DNA of 64,000 bases, from positions 3,441 to 67,440 of IMG/VR virus record IMGVR_UViG_3300036768_001879. The stretch is one strand, 5' to 3'. The stretch is from a virus. A program made the translations under genes and the position numbers. Each line of letters opens with the position of its first letter. Positions within the stretch are counted from its first letter, which is position 1. The notes below the pieces were generated by a model. It did not search any database. It was given only the letters and a program-made list of their open reading frames with translations, and was not told where the DNA came from. This document shows positions 49,601-56,784 of the stretch, one piece after another.

Positions 49601-50006
49601 GGTGCCGGGCGTGTTCACCGGTGCTGACGATCTGCTGATTCGCGTCAGCGGCAACGAACTGATCCTGAACGCGCACCAGCAGGCAACGCTCTCCGCAATG
49701 CTGCTTGAAGCGGCGCAGCGGCGCGCCCTGCCGTCAACGCCCGCGCCCGCGACAGCGCTCATCCCGGAACAGCCGCGCGCCAGCGCCAGCGCCAGCGTTT
49801 CAGCCGCCACGCCCACCGTGCAGCCGATCACAGTAGTCGTCAGCAACAGCTTCGAGCTTGGCCTGTCCGATCAGACGAAGATCGTCACCAACGCCTTCAA
49901 CACCGCCGACGGGCGGCGCGCGGCGGTGCGCGTGATTCGCCGCGACGTGCGACGTCAGGGCGCATCCGGGCTGGCCGGAGATATTGAATCGGCCCTGTCG
50001 GGCTGA
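43680..50006 (+). CDS. tape measure protein
   Basis: 2108 aa, Ala/Gln-rich helices, SQRTGLTVEALSRL motif, Gly-rich TM region, FAGGG motif. Confidence 0.85.
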   Translation: MAEDIVFEIRWNTGDAEAGARRMQSAAHALYEDLSRTAAGARHLGESAQRGFTVAADSLSRARSSLDLDAVLFQLDQLRIGFSQLGRGSLGGLPNVLKAFQRAGQEAAAVVRQSGFTEAIRQLELNLTGLDEKFAARPLFKQFQQSLLEAATKSDAFAAELKAAFKDLGVEIEQALLRPEKAFADLVKRIGTVQPALVRARSSLGSVIEGSGPLAANFQQNAILATTQDTQRARQLRADFAALGIDVKQAAQGGEAAWARFRAVLQEAEKSTLRLRGLNVILGTESDQLSGAFGRAGQALNRLDNEASAAARAMSGVSGGMSVATVAATVLGVAVLAAVAAFVSLGAEGVRLGAELFQVSQRTGLTVEALSRLQAAGADLNKISAAFDTFKQKAREAALENERLRAVFTALGLDAREAARHPAEAFAQLEQSLTKITDAQTRLRAAQALLGASGAELLTTFIALRENNGALNSELERLGVITSTGTARQLNEVHKQARLVGAQFDALKIQIAAELGPTFIEVLQKMKEALVELKPTIVEIANLLGLAAKAFALINSGPNIPNRLADRFFDDRNAPQPAGPPVSRPFDFGVPTAVQSGARRPDIDRRLIGPLNFPAPSPAASALAFRNATRGQTAPVQRPEVQAAADFFRAQGRQQQQPAAASDNRQLNRALDALNTRQRASRNADAEARAAARARLELTRAELTAETSLIREQLRARELDLKASYDATLITTEQYYAQKLELEQTSLAQEIRENRAAIAAIDAEIAAATARHARQSELLQLRAQKARLEGEGAVLRERQLALPAANDAARRAAQEQERRTVEQIRIAYLELTGAEQQAFDRRLAEEYAEAVKTAAQAGRRDILSLIEKLQTLRSAHFALAQQIKQSQLRFDVRQSQLNVIEETIRGAQTRGLLDDTEATDAAIIARRRFREELLAEAAVQQQLLQQKVRLGGSEAESAQRDLLQINERIAALRNLGAELTSQERIQQQLSDNQVFRQDRANRLFLQHLAEQKSLTQAVADAQIKAYETFVGALEKGIDKLTSKLGLFGEVVADLLKTITRNLITRVLAPAAGSGGFEGPGQPAAGGALGLLGSLLFGGQAGAPAQAAQVGPLGVLLGALGLGNAAGARTPPFVPQQSAVNPALLLPLLLPQAAGAGGAQAGGSTLSAIAGLLEFAQARQAAGVQAPLGQAFSEGGQILAGLTGTGAQAFKKLSGIIPGADTAAGGLQTLTDLFLNQSRLSQAARTPPFVAQAGTAAAGAAAKGSLLQGLAPLAPLLGLSLGSQLGGQSGLGRVLGGAGGLLLGGSVLAAAAPGAITGLLGAIGFGGTNSAILGSAIAGFLTNPITILAGIGLLIGSFFLGRAKQRRQDERNADAIWKAEADRLAELTRLVNADRIDGAQALAEAAQLRQQTIAALNQIKTKSVRESRLKNQLADVDRVYVVPLKEAVERQQKRKGINDLLLPTFAGGGFTGRVPGVFDGADDKLIRVTGNEVVLNPHQQATLADLLLTAARQRALPAVRERQAQRASQPAASRQQDAAAAPADARTVERALRRVLEEPASPAARRVMPLALSTSARRFAEGGFTGAAGSGPAQAAPASAPAPARPAALAGLLLTAVRNHLLPAGQAATGGASGATAQAGQPASSARAQRSERSATQPAAPEVEHPTPQRAFAAAATRDRAPLRSVVNPNAVAPAAPAQTAAREHLNAAAASPAVRVRQQRFAPLTEPEPGVEAFSRQNAVIRAQQPTAPAAVTVASAGSLRAAAPASAISRIAAPQQPPAIAQRAALPRLAERSLSPPPLLTAASFNAPARPAAASLRRSAPAAPPVLAAAQQERQESERAATARLQPLAGIERERRAAAAPPAAGALQPGRAQAAEDRSFLSASRDELRTTVQFQQVARLTGAFARTEAQIASPPRRPSEPPAAFVRSLLQQAPTSRLAQSAGRAGEAAALARLTPDAQRERALPRRAGGGLAVPGVFTGADDLLIRVSGNELILNAHQQATLSAMLLEAAQRRALPSTPAPATALIPEQPRASASASVSAATPTVQPITVVVSNSFELGLSDQTKIVTNAFNTADGRRAAVRVIRRDVRRQGASGLAGDIESALSG

Positions 50007-50017
50007 AAGGAGAGCGC

Positions 50018-51403
50018 ATGCCGCGCGAACTGAGCAGTCAGATTCTCGGCCCGGTGCTGGCCGGTGCCGCGCACACACAGCAGGCGGTGGAAATCATCGT
50101 GCCCGGCCCGCGCGCCGTTGATCCGGGCAACATAGGGCAGCTGCGGTCGTGGTACCGGGCCGACGACCTGACGCTCAACGACGGCGAAACCGTGGCGCTC
50201 TGGCCCGACCGCAGCCCGAGCGAGATTGACGCCGGGCAGGGCGTGGTGGCGCGGCGTCCGCGCCTGCGCCTGGGCGTGCTCAACGGGCGTCCGGCAGTTG
50301 AATTCGACGGCACGGACGACGCGCTGATCGGCCCGCCCGGTCCCGGCTCGCAGATGACGGTCTTTCTGGTGGCGCGCGGCTCTCCGCGCTCGCTGCTGCG
50401 CTTTCAGGAGAACGAAACCGACTACGTGGTGGTGGGCGATGCGAACGGGCAGTTCGCGGTCAGCAATCAGGGCGCGCTGCCGCTCGGCCTGACGGACAAT
50501 CGCTGGCACATCATCACGGCGCGGCTGGCAGTGGGGCAGAGCGGCGGGCTGCACACCTGGCTGGACGGCGTGACGCAGGGCGTCACAGACGCCAGCAGCA
50601 ACGGACTCGGACAGACGACGCTCTATCTGGGCGCTAAATACGATGGCACCGAGGCTTTTCAGGGCGCGCTGGCTGAAGTGATCTCCTATTCGCGAGCGCT
50701 CTCGCTGCTCGAACGCCAGCGCGTCGAACAGTATCTGGCTTCGCGCTACAACCTGCCGCTCTACTACGAAACGACCGATCAGTTCACGCTGCGCGCCGCC
50801 ACCATTCCGCTGCAATGGAACGACTGGAACTGGGAGGGCGACCTGCGCGGCGCGCCGGAAATCCGCTTCAGCGAGGGGCGCGCGCCCGACAACGCCGAAC
50901 TGACGCTGACCAATCTCAGCCTGCGCTACGGCGCGGCAATGATTGATCCGGCGCGGCAGCTGGACGGCGCGCGCGTCAGAATCTACTGGCTCTTTGAGCG
51001 ACCGGACGGCACCTGGGACGGCGACGAGGTCTTCAACGGGCTGGTGGTTGCGCCGGAACTGGTGGACACCGGGCCGGACGAACTGCTCAAGCTGGAAATC
51101 GCCAGCGACATCAACCCGCCCGGCGTGCGGCTGGGCGCGCGCCCGCGCAGCTTTCACTGCGTGCTGCAGTTCAAGGGACCGAAGTGCGGCGCGGTGACTG
51201 CGGCTGTTCACTGTTCGCGGCTCTTTGATGACGCCGTGGAAGGCTGCAAGGCTTACGGGCGGCAGCACCGGTTTCAGGGGCTGCCGACAATGGGCGCGCT
51301 GGCCACGCAGGCGGTCACGGGCGGCGTTGATCCGACGCTCGACCCGCAGACCGGCTGGCCGCGCCATCCGATCCGCTGGAAAGACGCCTGGGAGTTGCTC
51401 TGA
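50018..51403 (+). CDS. tail tip/hub protein with LamG-like insert and C-terminal Cys cluster
   Basis: WYRAD, NGRPAVEFDG, AEVISYSRAL..VEQYLASRY; CVLQFKGPKC..CSR..GC..RFQG (gpL/DUF2163-like). Confidence 0.65.
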   Translation: MPRELSSQILGPVLAGAAHTQQAVEIIVPGPRAVDPGNIGQLRSWYRADDLTLNDGETVALWPDRSPSEIDAGQGVVARRPRLRLGVLNGRPAVEFDGTDDALIGPPGPGSQMTVFLVARGSPRSLLRFQENETDYVVVGDANGQFAVSNQGALPLGLTDNRWHIITARLAVGQSGGLHTWLDGVTQGVTDASSNGLGQTTLYLGAKYDGTEAFQGALAEVISYSRALSLLERQRVEQYLASRYNLPLYYETTDQFTLRAATIPLQWNDWNWEGDLRGAPEIRFSEGRAPDNAELTLTNLSLRYGAAMIDPARQLDGARVRIYWLFERPDGTWDGDEVFNGLVVAPELVDTGPDELLKLEIASDINPPGVRLGARPRSFHCVLQFKGPKCGAVTAAVHCSRLFDDAVEGCKAYGRQHRFQGLPTMGALATQAVTGGVDPTLDPQTGWPRHPIRWKDAWELL

Positions 51404-54276
51404 TGCCGATTCTCTCCGACAAACTGGCCGGTTCAAATGTCGTGCTGCCTTACGGCATGCACATCACCGCTGGCAGCACTGTGGCCTACGCGCGCGACAC
51501 CCGCAGCAACCGCATCAAGCTGATCTCGCTGCTCTCGGAAGGCGTCTGCGATTCGCAGGTCGTCGGCGGGCTGGAAAAAGCCGTGACGGTCTACTACGCG
51601 GGCGAGGAGATTCCGGAGTTCGACAGCAACAATCAGCGCAACTGGAAGTACCATCCGGGGCAGCTTTCAGCCGGATTTGACGACCCGGTGCAGGGCGCGC
51701 CTTACTTCTGGCAGCCGCCCTGGGATCCCACGCTGCAGTTCACCTTTTCAGGTTCGGCTTACCTTGAACTGCTGCTTCCCGAAGCCTTCAGCGAGGGCGA
51801 GGAAGAACCCACGCGGCTCAAGGTCTACTACCGCACGCTTCAGGTGCCGGACTACGATCAGTTCGGCAACTGGCAGGGCGACAGCTACAGCAGCAATCTG
51901 GCGCGCGTGGCGCTCGATCTGCTGCTGCGCCGGATGGGGCTGCCCGAGCGCCGCATCAACTGGGCGTCGTGGTATGAGTTCCGTCAGCGGTGCGGCGAAC
52001 TGATCCCCTGGAATCCGGGACCGGGCGGCAGAACGGCCACGGTTGATGTGAACGGCAGCGTGCTGACCTGGAAGAGCGGGCGCAGGTTTGAATCCTTCTG
52101 GACGGGCACGGTCTTCGTGGCCGGGCAGGGCTACCAGATTCAGAGCGTGGACAGCGACACGCAGATCACGCTGACCGCCGCGCCACCGGCAGCGCAGGAC
52201 GTGAATTTCCGCTGGGGTTATGTTGAGCGGTTCCAGGCCAACGTGGCGTTTTCAAACGTCCCGGCAGGCGAGGCGTTTGTCTATCTGATGGCGCTCGCGC
52301 CGGGCTGCACGTGGCAGGACGTCAACGGGCAGATCAGGTTTATCACAACGCCCGTGCGCAGGCCGGTGCATCATTTCCGCTTCGATACGGAATCGGTCAA
52401 CCCGTCGAACATCGTGGCCGATACGGTCACGTTCTCGCGCATCCGGCAGGAGGAACGGCCCACGCTGCTGCGCGTCAAATTCCGCAATCTGGACGACCTG
52501 TACCTGGCCGAGAAGGAGATCAGCGAGATCCGCGACACCGGCGCTGGCTTTGAGCGCGGCGTGCCGGAGCCGCTCAACTGGGGCGTGATGACCGAAAGCC
52601 AGGCGCAGCGCGCGCTGCGCACGCTGATGGTTGAGAATCACGACCTCGACGTGCTGGCCACGCTGCACGGGCAGGGCGACAGTTACCGCGTGGCCAGGGG
52701 CGACGTGGTGGAACTGAGCTTTGAATCGCTCGGCGTGCGCGAGAGCGCGCCGTTGCAGATGCTGGTGCGCGAGGAAACCTTCCAGAGCACGGCCACCGGC
52801 GAGGACGAGCGCGTCTTCAAGCTCCAGCTTTACGACCCGGAATTCTACAGCGACGAACTGCACGGGCCGGTGCAGCCGGTCATTGTCACCGATCTGCCGC
52901 CGCTGGCTTCGCCGGGCATTGCGGCGCGCACGCGCGCGCGCCGGGCGATTGACCCGACCGGGCGCTATCGCGGCAGGGACACGGGCGTCTTCGACCGCGC
53001 GCGGCTGGTCAAAGTCACCTACAACGACATTCAGATTCTGGAAAACGGCCTGCAGATGAGCTTCCGGCTCTACGGCGAGATTGACAACGGCGACGGGCGC
53101 GCCAACGCCGACAGCCTTGAGGCAGCGTGGCTGAAGGTGTACGACAAGTTCGGCAATCTGATTTACGACAACAAGTACCCGTTCAGAGGGCAGGGCAAGC
53201 TGGGCGGCGGCGTGATCCTGCGCGCCAACGCAGATCCGCGCGAGGAGGCGGTGTTTGAAATCCGGCTGATGAACGCCTTCGGCTGGTCGCAGCCGCGCTT
53301 CATCACGTGGCGTCCGTGGTCGGGCGTGGCCGGTGAACTGCTCAACAATCTGCCATCGTTTTTGAACCCGGACGACTGCCCGCAGAACCTGAAAGCCGTG
53401 CCGGTCAGCGACAAGCAGGTCAGGCTGACCTGGACACCGGCGCGCAACGGCGGAGCAAATCAGGCGGCGTTCATCAAGTACCCGCTGCTCGGCTACGAGG
53501 GCTGGACGTGGCTGACGCCTCCGGTCGCGCCGTATGTTCCGGCGCTATCGCCCGCCGAGAACACGCTGCTGGTGGGCGTGGAGGCTCCGCTGCAGCCCGA
53601 TTCGATTTACGACTTCGCCATCTGGCGCAGCGCCAACGGCGAGTTCCGGTCGAACATCGCTTTTGTGCGCACGCTCAATCAGCCGATTGTCGTTGACACG
53701 CAGCGCAGCGCGCCGGGCAGTCTGGCGGCGGTGCCGCTCGATTCAACGCACGTCAAGCTGACCTGGACGCGCAACGCCGGCGACAATGACGCCGTCGAAG
53801 TCGAGGAGGATGGCGCAGTGGTGACGACGCTCACGCCCGGCTCCACAACCGAATACACGCGGGCGGTGGCGGCGGGCAGCACGCACACCTGGCGCGTGCG
53901 CAACAAATGGATGAGCGGCGTGACGTACTCCGAATGGAGCAACGCGGCGCAGGCCACAACGCCCGCAGGAACGGCAGGCGACCCGTCGCAGCTGTCGGCG
54001 CACGCCACGGGCGCGCGGGCCGTGGCGCTCGCCTGGAACAACAACGGGAACACGGGCGCGGTGACGCTGAAGTGGCGCGAAGCCGGGCTGACGGCCTGGA
54101 ACACGCAGCTGCTGGCGGGCGGCACCACCAGCTACACCAAATCCGGACTGCAGCCGGAAACCGAGTACGAGTTTCAGATTGAGATCACCGGCGCTGCGCA
54201 GCCGTCGAACATCGCCTATGCGATCACTGATCCGATCATCAGAGACGACCCTTACGGCGGCGGCAGCGTCCTCTGA
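51403..54276 (+). CDS. central tail fibre / host-specificity protein with fibronectin III domains
   Basis: SNLARVALDLL, INWASW, GDVVEL; C-terminal FN3 repeats (LTW..., GLQPETEYEF). Confidence 0.75.
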   Translation: MPILSDKLAGSNVVLPYGMHITAGSTVAYARDTRSNRIKLISLLSEGVCDSQVVGGLEKAVTVYYAGEEIPEFDSNNQRNWKYHPGQLSAGFDDPVQGAPYFWQPPWDPTLQFTFSGSAYLELLLPEAFSEGEEEPTRLKVYYRTLQVPDYDQFGNWQGDSYSSNLARVALDLLLRRMGLPERRINWASWYEFRQRCGELIPWNPGPGGRTATVDVNGSVLTWKSGRRFESFWTGTVFVAGQGYQIQSVDSDTQITLTAAPPAAQDVNFRWGYVERFQANVAFSNVPAGEAFVYLMALAPGCTWQDVNGQIRFITTPVRRPVHHFRFDTESVNPSNIVADTVTFSRIRQEERPTLLRVKFRNLDDLYLAEKEISEIRDTGAGFERGVPEPLNWGVMTESQAQRALRTLMVENHDLDVLATLHGQGDSYRVARGDVVELSFESLGVRESAPLQMLVREETFQSTATGEDERVFKLQLYDPEFYSDELHGPVQPVIVTDLPPLASPGIAARTRARRAIDPTGRYRGRDTGVFDRARLVKVTYNDIQILENGLQMSFRLYGEIDNGDGRANADSLEAAWLKVYDKFGNLIYDNKYPFRGQGKLGGGVILRANADPREEAVFEIRLMNAFGWSQPRFITWRPWSGVAGELLNNLPSFLNPDDCPQNLKAVPVSDKQVRLTWTPARNGGANQAAFIKYPLLGYEGWTWLTPPVAPYVPALSPAENTLLVGVEAPLQPDSIYDFAIWRSANGEFRSNIAFVRTLNQPIVVDTQRSAPGSLAAVPLDSTHVKLTWTRNAGDNDAVEVEEDGAVVTTLTPGSTTEYTRAVAAGSTHTWRVRNKWMSGVTYSEWSNAAQATTPAGTAGDPSQLSAHATGARAVALAWNNNGNTGAVTLKWREAGLTAWNTQLLAGGTTSYTKSGLQPETEYEFQIEITGAAQPSNIAYAITDPIIRDDPYGGGSVL

Positions 54277-54353
54277 GCTTGCTGCGCTCTGGCCAGAGAG
54301 TCGCAGCGAGACCGCGCAGACCTGCGGGCAGGTCTGACGGTTTGTTCTGGAGC

Positions 54354-54389
54354 GCCGGGAGCGCGAGAGCTTCCGGCCTTTTTTTTTTT
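54354..54389 (+). terminator. intrinsic terminator ending the late operon
   Basis: GCCGGGAGC-GCGAGA-GCTTCCGGC + T11, between convergent genes. Confidence 0.8.
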
Positions 54390-54796
54390 CACACGGAATA
54401 TGTCACGCGGTCGCCCGGACGCTCGCCGCGCACGCCGACCTCGCGGATTCCGGCGCGCTGAAGCTGCTGCTGCCGGGCATCCATCCAGGCGCGCACCAGC
54501 CCTGCGCCCTCGCCCACATCGAACGAATAACGATTGAAGAACGGATGCACGGCCAGCAGGCGGTCGCGCTCGATGACGACGCGCACGTTGTTGAAGGCGG
54601 GCCAGGCGCGCGCAATCAGGCTGTCGTATTCAGCGATCAGCGCGGCGCGCAGTTCCGGCGTTGACGCGGGCAATGGCGCGGGCGCGCTGGCGGGAGCGGC
54701 AGGCTGCCGCCGCTCATCGCCCGCGCCTGACAGCCACAGAGCGATGAGCGCCAGCAGAGAGAGCGCGACCAACAAACGGCGCGTTGAATTGTGCAT
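54389..54796 (-). CDS. membrane-anchored protein (possible superinfection exclusion)
   Basis: N-terminal TM LLVALSLLALIALWL; co-oriented with the putative repressor. Confidence 0.55.
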   Translation of the reverse strand: MHNSTRRLLVALSLLALIALWLSGAGDERRQPAAPASAPAPLPASTPELRAALIAEYDSLIARAWPAFNNVRVVIERDRLLAVHPFFNRYSFDVGEGAGLVRAWMDARQQQLQRAGIREVGVRGERPGDRVTYSV

Positions 54797-54801
54797 AAAG
54801 G

Positions 54802-55029
54802 TCAGGCGGCGCGCGGCCCGCGCTTGCGCCCTTTGATCCAGCCGCGCGGCGGCGGATTGAAGGTGTGGATGAAATCCTCGGGGATCATCCAGTATGAGCC
54901 GCGCGCGTCCTGCATCAGTCGTGCGCCAGGGATGCGCCCGCGCCGCAGATGGAGTTTGAAGCCCGCCAGCGACAACCGGCTGCCGGTGCGCTCGCACCAC
55001 AGCCGGTGTGCCTCGCGGACGGTCAGCAT
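54802..55029 (-). CDS. small MerR/Xis-like HTH DNA-binding protein, candidate repressor
   Basis: MLTVREA..LRRGRIPGA..YWMIP pattern, basic tail; divergent from the early operon; alternative start 55056. Confidence 0.65.
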   Translation of the reverse strand: MLTVREAHRLWCERTGSRLSLAGFKLHLRRGRIPGARLMQDARGSYWMIPEDFIHTFNPPPRGWIKGRKRGPRAA

Positions 55030-55064
55030 TCGCGTTGCAGAGTTCACGTTGTGCATACTCCGAT

Positions 55065-55190
55065 AAAATAATCGCTCAGTCAATTTATTCAAAATTCCGC
55101 ACTCGTAACACATTGATTTTTCAGCACTTATCGGAAAAAATTACAGACCGGTAATTTTATCTTGACATAAAATTACAGGCCGATTATTTT
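55065..55190. promoter_or_regulatory. divergent switch: rightward sigma70 promoter and three 22-bp operators
   Basis: TTGACA(55162)-N17-TATTTT(55185); operators AAAATTACAGACCGGTAATTTT (55137), AAAATTACAGGCCGATTATTTT (55169), AAAATAATCGCTCAGTCAATTT (55065). Confidence 0.75.
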
Positions 55191-55196
55191 ATTTGC

Positions 55197-55856
55197 ACGC
55201 TGAGAGCGAAACCCGAAGCGGATTAATAAGTAGTTCCGGCGTCGCCGAATCGTGCGATTTCGGCGGTTGTTTGAAAATCGAATCTGATCGGGAGATGGCC
55301 GTAGGGAAACCCGGCGACGATGGGATTAACAAGTAGCGCGCGAAACCGCAGGACGGAATAACAAGTAACGCAGCGAAACCCGGAGCCGGAAGTAACAAGT
55401 ACCCGCCGACGCTGTAAAACCAGCACACGGATGGCAGAAGGGTCGAGACAGTTGTGAGAACTGGCGCACCTGATCGGGCGTGAGAGTGATCGCGCGACGC
55501 AGAATCGGCGCGAATCGTTCGTGGCGACCCCACGGGCGCAGAGATCGGGGCTGTAACCCGAAGGGAACGGAAAACGCAGGAACGGCGGCAGCGAAACCGC
55601 GAAGCGGAATAACAAGTAGCCAGCCCGCGACGACCCGAAGTGAAAAGCGTTTCAAGTTCCCCGCATAAACCCGTCAGCGAAATCCCGGTCAGACGAAACC
55701 CGAAGTGGATTAACAAGTAGTCGGAGGGAACCTAACAAGTAGCTGACTGGCTGCTGTGGCGCGAAACCCGAAGGCGAAACCGCGAAGCGGATTAACAAGT
55801 AGCCAGGGACGTAAGAAGTAGCGCCGCAGGAAGGCGAAACGCGCCGCGTGCGCGTC
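55197..55856 (+). ncRNA. ~660-nt non-coding leader RNA with a hairpin-TAACAAGTAG repeat array
   Basis: About 9 copies of GAAA-CC..GG hairpin-A(T/A)TAACAAGTAG with covarying stems; bounded by the promoter and the hammerhead cleavage site. Confidence 0.65.
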
Positions 55857-55895
55857 TGTCCGCGCCGGGCAAGCGGACACTGATGAGCCAGCCCG
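55833..55895 (+). ncRNA. type II hammerhead ribozyme with pseudoknot
   Basis: GGC-GAAA-stem III-GUC(55856)-stem I UGUCCGC/GCGGACA-CUGAUGA-GCC; loop I CGGGC pairs with downstream GCCCG. Confidence 0.88.
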
Positions 55896-55945
55896 AACAA
55901 CCGCAGGCGAAGATTCTTCGCCCGCCTTACGAAAAGGAGATTCGC

Positions 55946-56371
55946 ATGAAACCATCACGCACCACTCCGAACACCGCCGCGACTCAGAACGAAGAACTGG
56001 AAGCCCGCCGCGCACGCGCGCACATGCTCGCCGCGCGGGAAGCCGAAGACTTCCGCAAAGCTTTCGATACCGACCCGGTTTACGCCATCAAGTGGCACGG
56101 CGACTCTCTGTTGCGCCGCTCATTTGAGGCGCGCCTGACCGATGACGTTATCAGCAGGCTGCTCACGGTCGAGCCTGCCGCCCGCGTGCGCGCGCTGGAG
56201 CAGATGCGGCGGACCGCGTTCAACTCCTTCCTCGCTGAAGTCACCGCGAGCGGGCCGGGCACGATCAATCAGATGGTTTCCCGCCTCGACTTCGAGGCGC
56301 TGGGCGCGGCGCTCAGAGCGCACGGCCTGTTCGATGAACTGGCCAGCCTGCTCGCTGAGCGCCCGGAATAA
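55946..56371 (+). CDS. hypothetical early protein
   Basis: AAGGAG RBS before ATG 55946. Confidence 0.6.
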   Translation: MKPSRTTPNTAATQNEELEARRARAHMLAAREAEDFRKAFDTDPVYAIKWHGDSLLRRSFEARLTDDVISRLLTVEPAARVRALEQMRRTAFNSFLAEVTASGPGTINQMVSRLDFEALGAALRAHGLFDELASLLAERPE

Positions 56372-56429
56372 CGCTGACCGCGCTGTTGATCCAGGTCAGC
56401 AAAACGTTTCCCTGACACAAAGGAGCCTT

Positions 56430-56687
56430 ATGAACACAAACGCAGTGGCGCGTCACAGCGTCAACACCTTCCCCTGCCTGGACGCGGCCATCGGGTTTAT
56501 CGAAACCCTGGTCACCTTCTGGCCCACGCTGCACGATGCCGAGATCACGCTGCGCGGCACCGAGGTGCGCGCCGTCATCACGCTCGACGCGGCGGGCGGT
56601 TCGCCGGAACGTCTCGACAGCCTGCTCGCTGACGTGAACCTGTTTGCCCGCGCTTACGGGCGCGGCTACCAGCGCGGGCGCGCTTAG
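56430..56687 (+). CDS. hypothetical early protein
   Basis: AAGGAG RBS. Confidence 0.55.
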   Translation: MNTNAVARHSVNTFPCLDAAIGFIETLVTFWPTLHDAEITLRGTEVRAVITLDAAGGSPERLDSLLADVNLFARAYGRGYQRGRA

Positions 56688-56784
56688 AGCGGCCTGCGAC
56701 CGACACAACAAAGGCGTGAAGCATTCGAGCCGGAATGCCTCCCGCCTTCATTTCCTGTCTAACCACAACAGAAAGGATACCACC

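Noticed and set aside
55206-55802. Each repeat being a hammerhead half (GAAAC-stem)
   Set aside because: The stems are followed by GGA(T/A), not the required UH triplet, and there is no CUGANGA partner
55206-55821. CRISPR array
   Set aside because: Repeats are degenerate, spacing is irregular (about 20 to 220 nt), the variable part lies inside the repeat hairpin, and no cas gene is in the window
55189-56015. ORFs called on both strands across the repeat region, and the ATG at 55883
   Set aside because: No RBS, translations merely mirror the repeat, and the 55883 ATG lies within the hammerhead core CUGAUGA; the real start is 55946
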